NCBI GenBank assembly: GCA_002310995.1
Contig: DBYV01000008.1
Coordinates: forward strand, 5,643 to 60,392
Source of the DNA: a bacterium UBP6_UBA1177
GTDB taxonomy: Bacteria > UBP6 > UBA1177
Direction: 5' to 3'
Length of the DNA stretch: 54,750 nucleotides
Of this stretch, positions 47,093 to 54,750 are shown in pieces. The position numbers and the translations under genes were made by a program. Positions within the stretch are counted from its first letter, which is position 1. Every line of letters starts with the position of its first letter. The notes beneath the pieces are model-generated. The model saw only the letters and a program-made list of their open reading frames with translations, did not search any database and was not told the DNA's origin.

Positions 47093-48379
47093 CTATTTTA
47101 TTTCCCTTGTCGTGCTCTGCAAATATATGCTACCCCACGACTTTGCCCAAACTGTGAAATACTTACTGTCATCCAACCTGTCTATCTCGAAAGTCATAAA
47201 ATCTCTAACAGCATCAAAAATTGTTAATCCTGTTGTAATGTCTCCAGAACCAACAGAAATGCTATATGTATACATTCCAGCAGCCAAGCCTGGATTTTTA
47301 ATTGTATACTCAACTAATTTGTCCTCATCTTTTTCAATTTTAAACCCATCAAAAGAGACGACTGAACCTACAGGTTGTTTCTCGGCATTCCAAATCGTGC
47401 AATTGATATGGCAATCTTTACAGTCTTTATTAGCGTGCAGCTTTATTTGAATAGTAATTGGTTCATTACAAGAGTAGCATAAATCTTTTTTTAATAATTT
47501 GAAAGAAACGAAAGAAACATCTTGAGCGTGTCCTTTGTCTCGATACTCATCTGTAACTACAAAATAGTTAGATGTTTTTTCCATTTGTGTTGACTTCAAA
47601 TAACAATCTACTGCTTCATCTGTCTGACCAGACATTACTATTTGTCCATTATCTAACACTACTGCTTTTTTACACAACTGTCTGACTGCCGCCATATTGT
47701 GGCTCACAAACAGCACAGTTCTTCCTTCTCCGCGGCTCACATCCTGCATCTTGCCTAAGGCTTTTTTTTGGAATTCAGCATCTCCGACAGCGAGAACTTC
47801 GTCAACGACGAGGATTTCGGGGTCAAGGTGCGCTGCGACTGCGAATGCGAGGCGGACATACATTCCGCTGGAATAGCGTTTTACGGGAGTGTCTATGAAC
47901 TTCTCGACTCCGGAAAAGTCAATGATTTCATCGAGTTTTTTATCGATTTCGTGTTTCCTCATTCCAAGTATTGCACCGTTGAGATAGATGTTTTCGCGAC
48001 CTGTGAGCTCGGGGTGGAAGCCGGTTCCGACTTCAAGGAGAGAGCCGATGCGGCCTTTGATTTTGATGCAGCCGCTCGTGGGCGAGGTGACACGTGACAA
48101 AATTTTGAGCAATGTCGATTTTCCGGCACCATTGGCGCCGATGATCCCGAGGACTTCGCCCTGCTTGACATCGAAAGAAACGTCTTTCAGAGCATAAATA
48201 AAATCGCTGCCGGCATTGTTGTTTTGAGAATTGAGCAAGGAAACTTGTGAATTAGGGTCTTCCTTGCCGCGTATCTTCGCCCACCATCCCTGCAGATCCT
48301 TGGCGAGAGTGCCGTGGTTGATAAGCCCCAACTGGTAAAACTTTGAGATATTCTCAACTTTTATGACTGTGTCACTCAT
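47093..48379 (-). CDS. wzt: Polysaccharide ABC transporter ATP-binding subunit with C-terminal Wzt_C domain
   Basis: GANGAGKSTLLK, GFHPELTGREN, YSSGMYVRLAF, DEVLAVGD, VSHN; ~170-aa C-terminal extension. Confidence 0.95.
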   Translation of the reverse strand: MSDTVIKVENISKFYQLGLINHGTLAKDLQGWWAKIRGKEDPNSQVSLLNSQNNNAGSDFIYALKDVSFDVKQGEVLGIIGANGAGKSTLLKILSRVTSPTSGCIKIKGRIGSLLEVGTGFHPELTGRENIYLNGAILGMRKHEIDKKLDEIIDFSGVEKFIDTPVKRYSSGMYVRLAFAVAAHLDPEILVVDEVLAVGDAEFQKKALGKMQDVSRGEGRTVLFVSHNMAAVRQLCKKAVVLDNGQIVMSGQTDEAVDCYLKSTQMEKTSNYFVVTDEYRDKGHAQDVSFVSFKLLKKDLCYSCNEPITIQIKLHANKDCKDCHINCTIWNAEKQPVGSVVSFDGFKIEKDEDKLVEYTIKNPGLAAGMYTYSISVGSGDITTGLTIFDAVRDFMTFEIDRLDDSKYFTVWAKSWGSIYLQSTTREIK

Positions 48380-48990
48380 TTTTCGATAAAAACACCCAAA
48401 TCATAAAAATACTTTATCATATCAACAAAACGCGGCAATCTGCCGTCTTCCCTTTCATGAATATACCATTCATAAACAAGTTTCGGATCAAGTTCCGCTG
48501 CTTCCAAACATTTCTTAAAAAGGGTCTTTCTTGCTTGTCTCAAATCGTAACTGTTCAAATTTAAAAGATTTACAGTATATTTGCCTTTATCTGATGTTCC
48601 TTCTATTCTTCCGTCAGGCAAATATTCAAATTGATTCTCACAGTCATCATCAAGCGGTGAAACAAAGAAACTCTCATCGTATTTGCTGCCTTTTGCATGA
48701 TCACAATGCATTTTTGCATCACATGAAGCAAGTAGATTATGATAATCCATGGACAAACGTGGATAAGAATTTTGAGGCTTTATGTGTTCATTGTGGGAAT
48801 TGGTAGTGTCTATTGATTTGCAGCAGTAACAGCAGAGCCCTTTTTGGTTTTTAATCATAAAATCACGGATTCTTGAGCGGAGTTCGCAACCTTCTACCAT
48901 GCTTTTAAGGTTGTTATATTTTATTTTGGGGTTTTTCTTCTTGAAATCGCTCCAAAATTTCGGTTCCGGCTCTTTAGTGATTTTTCTCAT
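48376..48990 (-). CDS. HNH endonuclease, PtuB / retron-associated (TIGR02646-like)
   Basis: QKGLCCYC, NEHIKP, YHNLLASC, HCDHAKG, LLNLN..LRQAR; overlaps the ATPase stop and the wzt start. Confidence 0.85.
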   Translation of the reverse strand: MRKITKEPEPKFWSDFKKKNPKIKYNNLKSMVEGCELRSRIRDFMIKNQKGLCCYCCKSIDTTNSHNEHIKPQNSYPRLSMDYHNLLASCDAKMHCDHAKGSKYDESFFVSPLDDDCENQFEYLPDGRIEGTSDKGKYTVNLLNLNSYDLRQARKTLFKKCLEAAELDPKLVYEWYIHEREDGRLPRFVDMIKYFYDLGVFIEK

Positions 48991-50251
48991 AAAGCCATTC
49001 ACCTCTTTTTAAATTTCCTTCCAGTTCAATTACAGCAGCGCTGTTTAATCCTGTAATTTTTTTTACTTTTTCTATTTCTTTTTTGGCTTTGTCGAATTTG
49101 TTGTCGCAAATAGCCTTGTTTGCTTCGTCAAGTATTTTCTGGAAATCCGGATTTATGGATTTTGTTCCCATAAATTCTTCCAAAATATAATTTGAATCAA
49201 AACCGTTCATCTGTTCTGTTTTTTCGACAGCCACATTCTGCTTGTCAGATTGACTCAAGGCAAAGAGATTCCAGGATTCATCAACCTCGCCTAAAACCTG
49301 CGGGGAGTGGGTGGTAATGATAAACTGAATATTCGGGAAAGTTTCTCTTAAAACTCCTAATATTTTGCGTTGCCATGACGGATGCATGTGCAGTTCGATT
49401 TCATCTATCAGCACAACACCGGTTCCTTCCAAAGGATTGTCTAACAACGGATTGGCAATAGTCAAGCGCCTTGCAAGGTCCCCTAAAACTGCAAGTACGC
49501 ATTTTTCTCCGTCAGACAATTGTGAAACGTTGAGAGACATGCCGTTTTTTTCAACAACCATTGCCAGTCTGGGTTTTCTGGTAACATGCAGGTTCCTGAA
49601 ATCCGGCAACATGGCAAATATTGCTTTTCTTACTGCTTTTAAGGATTTGTCTTCATATTTAAAATTCCTTTCCTGAACTTTTTCGGCATTTTCTGCATCT
49701 TCCTGATTGCGGAACCATTCGAAAAATGTCCTGAAATCCACCTTGTTCTCTATCGCCTTATCATAAGCGGAATAGATGTCGAATTCATGATGTGTTTTTA
49801 TGCGGAGCGGAATATCAAGTACAAGTCTGTTAGTTCCGTAATTTACAAAAAGAGGAATATTTTCCTGTTTTTCGTCGGAAAAATATGATTGTTGGATGGT
49901 TTCGACTATTTTGTCCAAGCCTTCCTTGCTGTGAGAACGTTTGCCGTCCTTTCTTGTCATTTTCCGAAGATACTCTATGCGGGATTTGTCGTTGAGAATA
50001 AATGTTCCTTTGATTTCTGTCTCAGAAGTTCCGTGCCTGATGTCATCAAGTTCAATATTATATTTTTGCCTTAATTCCTTGCGGTTTACGGTCTGGTTGA
50101 TAATTTTGGCATAAAGAAGATTGACTGCCCGCAGCAAAGAGGTTTTTCCCATTCCGTTGATCCCGAAAAAAACGGTGCTTTTCCCATATAATTGGATTTC
50201 TGAATCGGAAAATGCCTTGAAATTTTTCAGTTCAATTTTTTCAATCTTCAT
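48974..50251 (-). CDS. ABC/AAA_21-type ATPase, PtuA (Septu)-like
   Basis: LKNFKAF, GINGMGKTS, FFEWFR..ED, QLSDGEK, LIDEIELHMHPSWQR, QFIITTHSPQV. Confidence 0.88.
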   Translation of the reverse strand: MKIEKIELKNFKAFSDSEIQLYGKSTVFFGINGMGKTSLLRAVNLLYAKIINQTVNRKELRQKYNIELDDIRHGTSETEIKGTFILNDKSRIEYLRKMTRKDGKRSHSKEGLDKIVETIQQSYFSDEKQENIPLFVNYGTNRLVLDIPLRIKTHHEFDIYSAYDKAIENKVDFRTFFEWFRNQEDAENAEKVQERNFKYEDKSLKAVRKAIFAMLPDFRNLHVTRKPRLAMVVEKNGMSLNVSQLSDGEKCVLAVLGDLARRLTIANPLLDNPLEGTGVVLIDEIELHMHPSWQRKILGVLRETFPNIQFIITTHSPQVLGEVDESWNLFALSQSDKQNVAVEKTEQMNGFDSNYILEEFMGTKSINPDFQKILDEANKAICDNKFDKAKKEIEKVKKITGLNSAAVIELEGNLKRGEWLYEKNH

Positions 50252-50292
50252 TGATTCCTCTCTTCGCACCAAAGTTCGAACTCAAAACGCTA

Positions 50293-50322
50293 TAAAATCC
50301 CACAAGTTGCCTTTATTGTCAA
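50293..50322 (-). promoter_or_regulatory. Putative promoter of the ptuAB-like genes, near-copy of the wzm promoter
   Basis: Minus strand TTGACAA-N7-AACTTGTGGGATTTTA. Confidence 0.6.
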
Positions 50323-50362
50323 TAGGAAAAACGATTCCATGGGCGTTTTTTTGTGCTGCCGC

Positions 50363-50416
50363 AGAATTAGGGAGTTTAGGGAATTTAGTGTATCTAAGAA
50401 ATTTAGGGAGCGGCGG
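50363..50416. repeat. Five imperfect 9-bp tandem units (consensus GAATTTAGG), copy 2
   Basis: AGAATTAGG GAGTTTAGG GAATTTAGT GTATCTAAG AAATTTAGG then GAGCGGCGG. Confidence 0.85.
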
Positions 50417-50424
50417 AGGAAAAT

Positions 50425-50533
50425 AGGCGCCCGTTAAGGCGCCCCTAAATCTAGGGGAGCTGCCGGTTTGCTGAGCTTGTCGAAGCAGAGCGGCTGAGGG
50501 GTCAGAACACTGACGGTGGGACCTGTAAACCGG
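50425..50533. other. GC-rich multi-hairpin segment containing a REP-like CTGAGCTTGTCGAAG motif
   Basis: CCCCTA-AATC-TAGGGG hairpin; outer stem CCGGTTTGC/GTAAACCGG; inner GCTT-GTCG-AAGC and GTCAG-AACA-CTGAC. Confidence 0.5.
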
Positions 50534-50549
50534 GAAAAAGTGGCGATAT

Positions 50550-51776
50550 CTAAAGAATAGTTTCTTTGATCTGTAAAATTGCTGCGGAAATAACTTTTAA
50601 CAGTGAATAAATCGGGGTGCGTGTAAAGAATTCGATTTCCAAAGGAACTTGATACTGAACTCCAATTAAAGTCGTAATACAAAATACTAAAATCTGATTG
50701 TTCCCTGCTTTTTGAAACCATTTAGAAGCAAGAATCAGATCAAGTTTGGAGATAAATTTTTCATTGAAAGGATTCTCGTCTGCAATCAAAAAATAAGCGA
50801 AAGAAGATGCCGTCCAAAGAAAAATCCATCTTCCCCAGTCCCAGGCGGAAGAGAAAACAGGAATTAAAGATAGAAATTGAAGCAGCAAAATACAAAATAG
50901 GAATTTTCTGTCTATTCGGGGCGAATATGTCAGATTGATTTTAATTTTATCAAAATTCAAACATGCAAAACATATAAAAACCAGCTGGCAGATAGAATAT
51001 AAAGCTGTTGCTATTAATCCTGAATCATTAATCATTGTCCAGATCATTGAAAAAAGTTCAGGAAGCGGGGTTGACATGTGACCTATAAGATACGGGGTTA
51101 TCTCCGGAGTATGATCCAGCATCTCTTTGATAATTTGAGATTGTGAAGAGGTATAACAGCACAATGCGAATATAATAATTGAAGGAATAAAGAAAAGCAG
51201 GCTTTTATAAAAGGAGTTGTTTCTATGCCAATATGAGAGAAAAAGTATTGGAAATGAAAAGAAAAATATTACTTCGTGAATTAAAATGCCGAATATAAAT
51301 AACGTGTTTAAACATAAACATAAGACCAATGGATGCAAAAGTTTCTTCTTGAAAAACAGTGTCAACATAGAAATGAATATTAAAACGGATAGAGAATCTT
51401 TCCTAAGGAAATAAGACGGATCTGTAACAACAGTCTCACCAAGAAAAAAAGGCATTGCCAGAATGAATAAAGGATATTTTTTCTGAACGAATTTTGTTAT
51501 GAAAAAAGAAATTAGGATTGCCCACACCACGAAAGTTAAAAGGTTTATTACAGCTATATGAGAAATCCCGAATATTGACGAAAGGCAAAGAATTATTTCT
51601 CCGCCAAGACCGCGCCGGAAGAACCCGCCGCGATAATTAATTAACCAGTTGGCGTATATTTCTTTCTGATTTGTTGAACAAAATATAAAAATATTGCATA
51701 TTGATTCGCAAATGTAAAAAAATAAGAAAATTAGGATTGCGAAATTAGTTTTTTTAGAGCAAAAAGAAATGTTCAT
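50550..51776 (-). CDS. Polytopic membrane protein (possible GT-C / glycan-modifying)
   Basis: NWLINY.GGF.RRGL.GE, RKD, HE, DWGRW motifs; ~10 TM; abuts the wzm stop. Confidence 0.65.
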   Translation of the reverse strand: MNISFCSKKTNFAILIFLFFYICESICNIFIFCSTNQKEIYANWLINYRGGFFRRGLGGEIILCLSSIFGISHIAVINLLTFVVWAILISFFITKFVQKKYPLFILAMPFFLGETVVTDPSYFLRKDSLSVLIFISMLTLFFKKKLLHPLVLCLCLNTLFIFGILIHEVIFFFSFPILFLSYWHRNNSFYKSLLFFIPSIIIFALCCYTSSQSQIIKEMLDHTPEITPYLIGHMSTPLPELFSMIWTMINDSGLIATALYSICQLVFICFACLNFDKIKINLTYSPRIDRKFLFCILLLQFLSLIPVFSSAWDWGRWIFLWTASSFAYFLIADENPFNEKFISKLDLILASKWFQKAGNNQILVFCITTLIGVQYQVPLEIEFFTRTPIYSLLKVISAAILQIKETIL

Positions 51777-52625
51777 TCACACCGTATCCACAAAATTTTT
51801 CTCGACAAAATTAAAGACAAAAATTCCGGCAAAAAGGAGAAAAATTGTTGTTGTGACACTGATTCCGTATTCTGTTACCGAAGGCATTCCTGTCGAGAAA
51901 AAAGCGTGTTTGAAGCTTTCGAGAATCGGAACAACGGGGTTCATCATGTAAAGAGAACGCCATTTATCAGGAACCATTGAAAGCGGATAAACTATCGGAG
52001 TTGCATACATCCAAAGCTGCACAGCGAATCCAACAAGATATGTCAGGTCTCGGTATTTTGTGGTCAAAGATGTGATTATAAGTCCGATTCCGAGCCCGAG
52101 AACTGCCATCTGGAGCACAAAAAGCGGAACTGCAAAAATTGCTAAACTCAGTCTTAGATCGGCGTCATATATTTTGTAACTAATAAAAATTATTATGAAA
52201 AGTGAGAATTGGATAGCAAACTGAACCAATGCCGAAATCACATTTGAAACCGGAATTGTCAGACGCGAAAAATAAACTTTTTTGAAAATTCCGGCGTTGC
52301 CTACAAAGGTATTGGATGTTGAAAGGAGACACTTTGAAAAATAGTTCCATAAAATTATGCCGTTCATGTAAAAAAGCACCTGCGGAATGCCGTCAGTCGG
52401 AATTTTCGCGATATTGCCGAAAACTATGAGAAACATTATCGTTGTGAAAATCGGCTGGATAAAGAACCACAAAGGCCCCAAAATCGTCTGTTTATAAGTT
52501 GCGGTAAAATCCCTTTTTACAAAAGATGAGATCAAATCCCGGTATTGCCAGAGTTCTTTCAGATTCAGCCTGAAAAATTTGTTTTTCGGAGTGATTATCG
52601 TCGTCCAGTTTTCTTTTTCGCTCAT
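51777..52625 (-). CDS. wzm: Polysaccharide ABC transporter permease
   Basis: ELWQYRDL, YKQTILGPLW, KKVYF, KYRDL, YATPIVYP, NP. Confidence 0.95.
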   Translation of the reverse strand: MSEKENWTTIITPKNKFFRLNLKELWQYRDLISSFVKRDFTATYKQTILGPLWFFIQPIFTTIMFLIVFGNIAKIPTDGIPQVLFYMNGIILWNYFSKCLLSTSNTFVGNAGIFKKVYFSRLTIPVSNVISALVQFAIQFSLFIIIFISYKIYDADLRLSLAIFAVPLFVLQMAVLGLGIGLIITSLTTKYRDLTYLVGFAVQLWMYATPIVYPLSMVPDKWRSLYMMNPVVPILESFKHAFFSTGMPSVTEYGISVTTTIFLLFAGIFVFNFVEKNFVDTV

Positions 52626-52649
52626 AAATGACCTCTCATTAAAGCATCG

Positions 52650-52679
52650 TAAAATTCCACAAGTTTTAGCAGTTGTCAA
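52650..52679 (-). promoter_or_regulatory. Putative wzm operon promoter
   Basis: Minus strand TTGACAA-N7-AACTTGTGGAATTTTA. Confidence 0.6.
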
Positions 52680-52756
52680 GATTGATTAGTCCTATTTTAT
52701 TGCAAATATCTGCGCTTCGGGTAAAAAAATCTTTTGAATTTGTTTGGGGGATGAGT

Positions 52757-54169
52757 ATGGTTACAACTACAAAAATTCTTTTAACTTTTGAAATTATCAC
52801 TTTAATGTTGCTGATAATATTGAGCTTTTTTGCCTATTCGCAGGCTGATGACTTCGTGTTCGCAAAATCGCTTCATGATTTTGGCTGGCTGGGTTGTCAG
52901 CTTAATTGGTATAAGACCTGGTTCGGCAGATTTGCTTCCACGATGCTCTTAATTTCCGGGATATATTTAGATTTTTCGATCCTGTATAAAGTTTTTCCTG
53001 TTTTGGCGATTTTTGGCTATATTCTCGCATTTTATCTCGTCTTAAAGAAAGCTTTTCCTGATATTCCGAAGAAATTCAGGGTTGTTTCCGCAATTACGAT
53101 TCTTCTGCTTTACATAAGCGGAATGCCGTCTCTTGCTCAGGAATTTTATTGGTTTACCGGCTGGGCGACTTATGCTCCTGCCAATATTGCAACAATGATT
53201 CTTCTTGCATTTTTTGATTCGGTTAAAAATAACAAGATTTATATGTCGTTGATTTTATTGGGCGCTTTTGCTATTGGCTCGAACGAAGTTTCTATGCTTA
53301 TATTGATGATTTTTGTATTTATTCTTCTTTTAAAGGATTACAAAAATAAAAGGCTTTGGCTGATGTTTGCACTTTTTACATTATTCTCTCTGGTTGTAAT
53401 TCTAGCTCCAGGAAATGCTGTTCGTGCCGGTAAAAACCCAGATTTGCTGTTTTCGTTGGTTGCTTCTTTCGGTTTGACGGGAACTTTGATCGGTATATGG
53501 CTTCTTAATCCTCTGCTTTGGATTGCAGCTTTTGTATTTTGTTATTTGCGGCGAAACAGCAGCATAAAACTGGCTCTGCCAAAGGAAAATCCGTTGCTTG
53601 TAATATGTTTTTTGCTTGTTTTGATTTTTTGTGCACCGTTTACACATTTTATTTCAACAGGGGTACCTGCGCCGGGAAGAACTTTAAATATCTCATTTCT
53701 TGTTTTTATATTTCTTTTTGCCTATGTCATTTCTCTTGAAAAAATTCATGCTGTAATGGTCAGAATTTTGGATAAAAAAATTCTACTTGTTCCTGTTTTT
53801 GTTCTTTGGATGATTGGTAATTTTTATATTTCATCCTTTGAACCGATGCCAAAACAGGATTTTTCTTTTTATCGCAAAAATCCCATTGAAGCGGTGAAAT
53901 GGACAATGACTACTTATGGTCAGAATAATTTATATCATGTTTATGCAGATCTGTTTTCAGGTAGAGCGAATGATTTCAGAAAAACAATGCTGGATCGGGA
54001 AGAAAAAATAAAAAATTACAAAGGCGGTCTTCTGTGTCTACCTAAAGTTGAGAGTAAACCAAAATCATTGTTTTACAAAGATTTGTTTGAAGACCCGTCA
54101 AAAAGAGAAAATGCCGGGTTCGCTGAATATTATCATCTTGAACAGGTAGCTGTCTGCGATAATTACTAA
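52757..54169 (+). CDS. Polytopic membrane protein (DUF6056 / GT-C-like), divergent from wzm
   Basis: ADDF, W.GRF, YW..G...Y, GSNE, APGN.VR motifs. Confidence 0.7.
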   Translation: MVTTTKILLTFEIITLMLLIILSFFAYSQADDFVFAKSLHDFGWLGCQLNWYKTWFGRFASTMLLISGIYLDFSILYKVFPVLAIFGYILAFYLVLKKAFPDIPKKFRVVSAITILLLYISGMPSLAQEFYWFTGWATYAPANIATMILLAFFDSVKNNKIYMSLILLGAFAIGSNEVSMLILMIFVFILLLKDYKNKRLWLMFALFTLFSLVVILAPGNAVRAGKNPDLLFSLVASFGLTGTLIGIWLLNPLLWIAAFVFCYLRRNSSIKLALPKENPLLVICFLLVLIFCAPFTHFISTGVPAPGRTLNISFLVFIFLFAYVISLEKIHAVMVRILDKKILLVPVFVLWMIGNFYISSFEPMPKQDFSFYRKNPIEAVKWTMTTYGQNNLYHVYADLFSGRANDFRKTMLDREEKIKNYKGGLLCLPKVESKPKSLFYKDLFEDPSKRENAGFAEYYHLEQVAVCDNY

Positions 54170-54229
54170 CCAATCTTAGCGAATTTTAAAAATTCTTTGA
54201 ATGTTTTGATAATTATGAATAGAGCCGAG

Positions 54230-54750
54230 TATAATGGTCAAGTATTTCTGGACAGAAAAATTCTCCCTAAAAGTGTTTTTTGCAACCGCATGAGCATCTA
54301 TACGTGACATCATGCTGTCGCTCCCGTTTTCCAAAATGTAGAATTTTCGCTATAAACCTCCCACGGAGTCTTGTAACCGTGAGCCGAATGACCTCTTTTG
54401 TAGTCATAAAACCTGAAATATTTATCGAGTTCGTTTCTCAAATGCGGCACTGAATCGTAGCTTTTCAGGAATATTTCTTCATACTTAACGGTTCTCCACA
54501 GCCTTTCGCAGTAAATGTTATCCAAAGCGCGGCCTTTACCGTCCAGGCTTATTGTTACGCCTGCTTCCTCAAGTATGCCGGTAAAATCTGAACCGGTGAA
54601 CTGCGATCCCTGATCCGTGTTGAATATTTCTGGTTTGCTTCCGTCGTAGCAGGTCAATCTTGATATGCCGAGCAGCTCGCATTGTCTGTACACCGGTATT
54701 CTGCCGTTGCCGCGCTCTACCATAGAGCGTTTCTCCTCATTGCTCATTTT
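54230..54750 (-). mobile_element. IS3-family element remnant (right end), running off the window
   Basis: Candidate terminal IR TATAATGGTCAAGTATTTCTGGACA (54230-54254) downstream of the transposase remnant. Confidence 0.7.
54310..54747 (-). pseudogene. IS3 OrfB transposase with a large internal deletion
   Basis: OrfB N-terminus RQCELLGISR joined within ~9 aa to KPEIFNTDQGSQFT...DGKGRALDN..ERLWRTVKYE; the intervening HTH region and first catalytic Asp (W..DITY) are absent. Confidence 0.85.

Noticed and set aside
48376-50550. Complete type I-A retron
   Set aside because: No reverse transcriptase ORF (no YADD-type motif) nearby; the upstream gene is a membrane protein
50434-50721. 95-aa ORF ending ..CFDKLSKP..
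   Set aside because: Overlaps the membrane gene in another frame; FDKLS is just the translation of the REP-like motif

Overview
Bacterial chromosomal window with two parts. The left part (1-30.6 kb) is housekeeping: tRNA-Leu(CAG), a FrzS-like pseudo-receiver/coiled-coil gene, GT2/GT4, a PilB/GspE ATPase, acpP-gmk-spoT-dapA, pyrK, mutS, prs, an MCE/PqiC-like pair, ttcA and polA. The right part (30.6-54.2 kb) is an AT-rich, ABC-transporter-dependent (wzm/wzt) surface-glycan locus, followed by an internally deleted IS3 remnant. Gene content suggests a deltaproteobacterial/Myxococcota-related lineage (inference). Most striking: two separate AAA_14/DUF4143-type ATPase-nuclease genes (26513 and 29275) each have exactly three direct repeats at an identical 33-bp period in their leader, but the repeat sequence differs for each gene, suggesting a cognate repeat-array/ATPase system. 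Also notable: (1) an RT-less Septu/PtuAB-like ATPase+HNH pair sits between wzm and wzt, is translationally coupled to wzt, and carries a near-copy of the wzm promoter. (2) A five-unit 9-bp TTTAGGG-like repeat occurs at two loci. (3) The long RSH has an eroded synthetase site. (4) wzt is a GC mosaic. (5) A glycosyltransferase block is duplicated. All family calls come from motif recognition by eye; no database searches were run.
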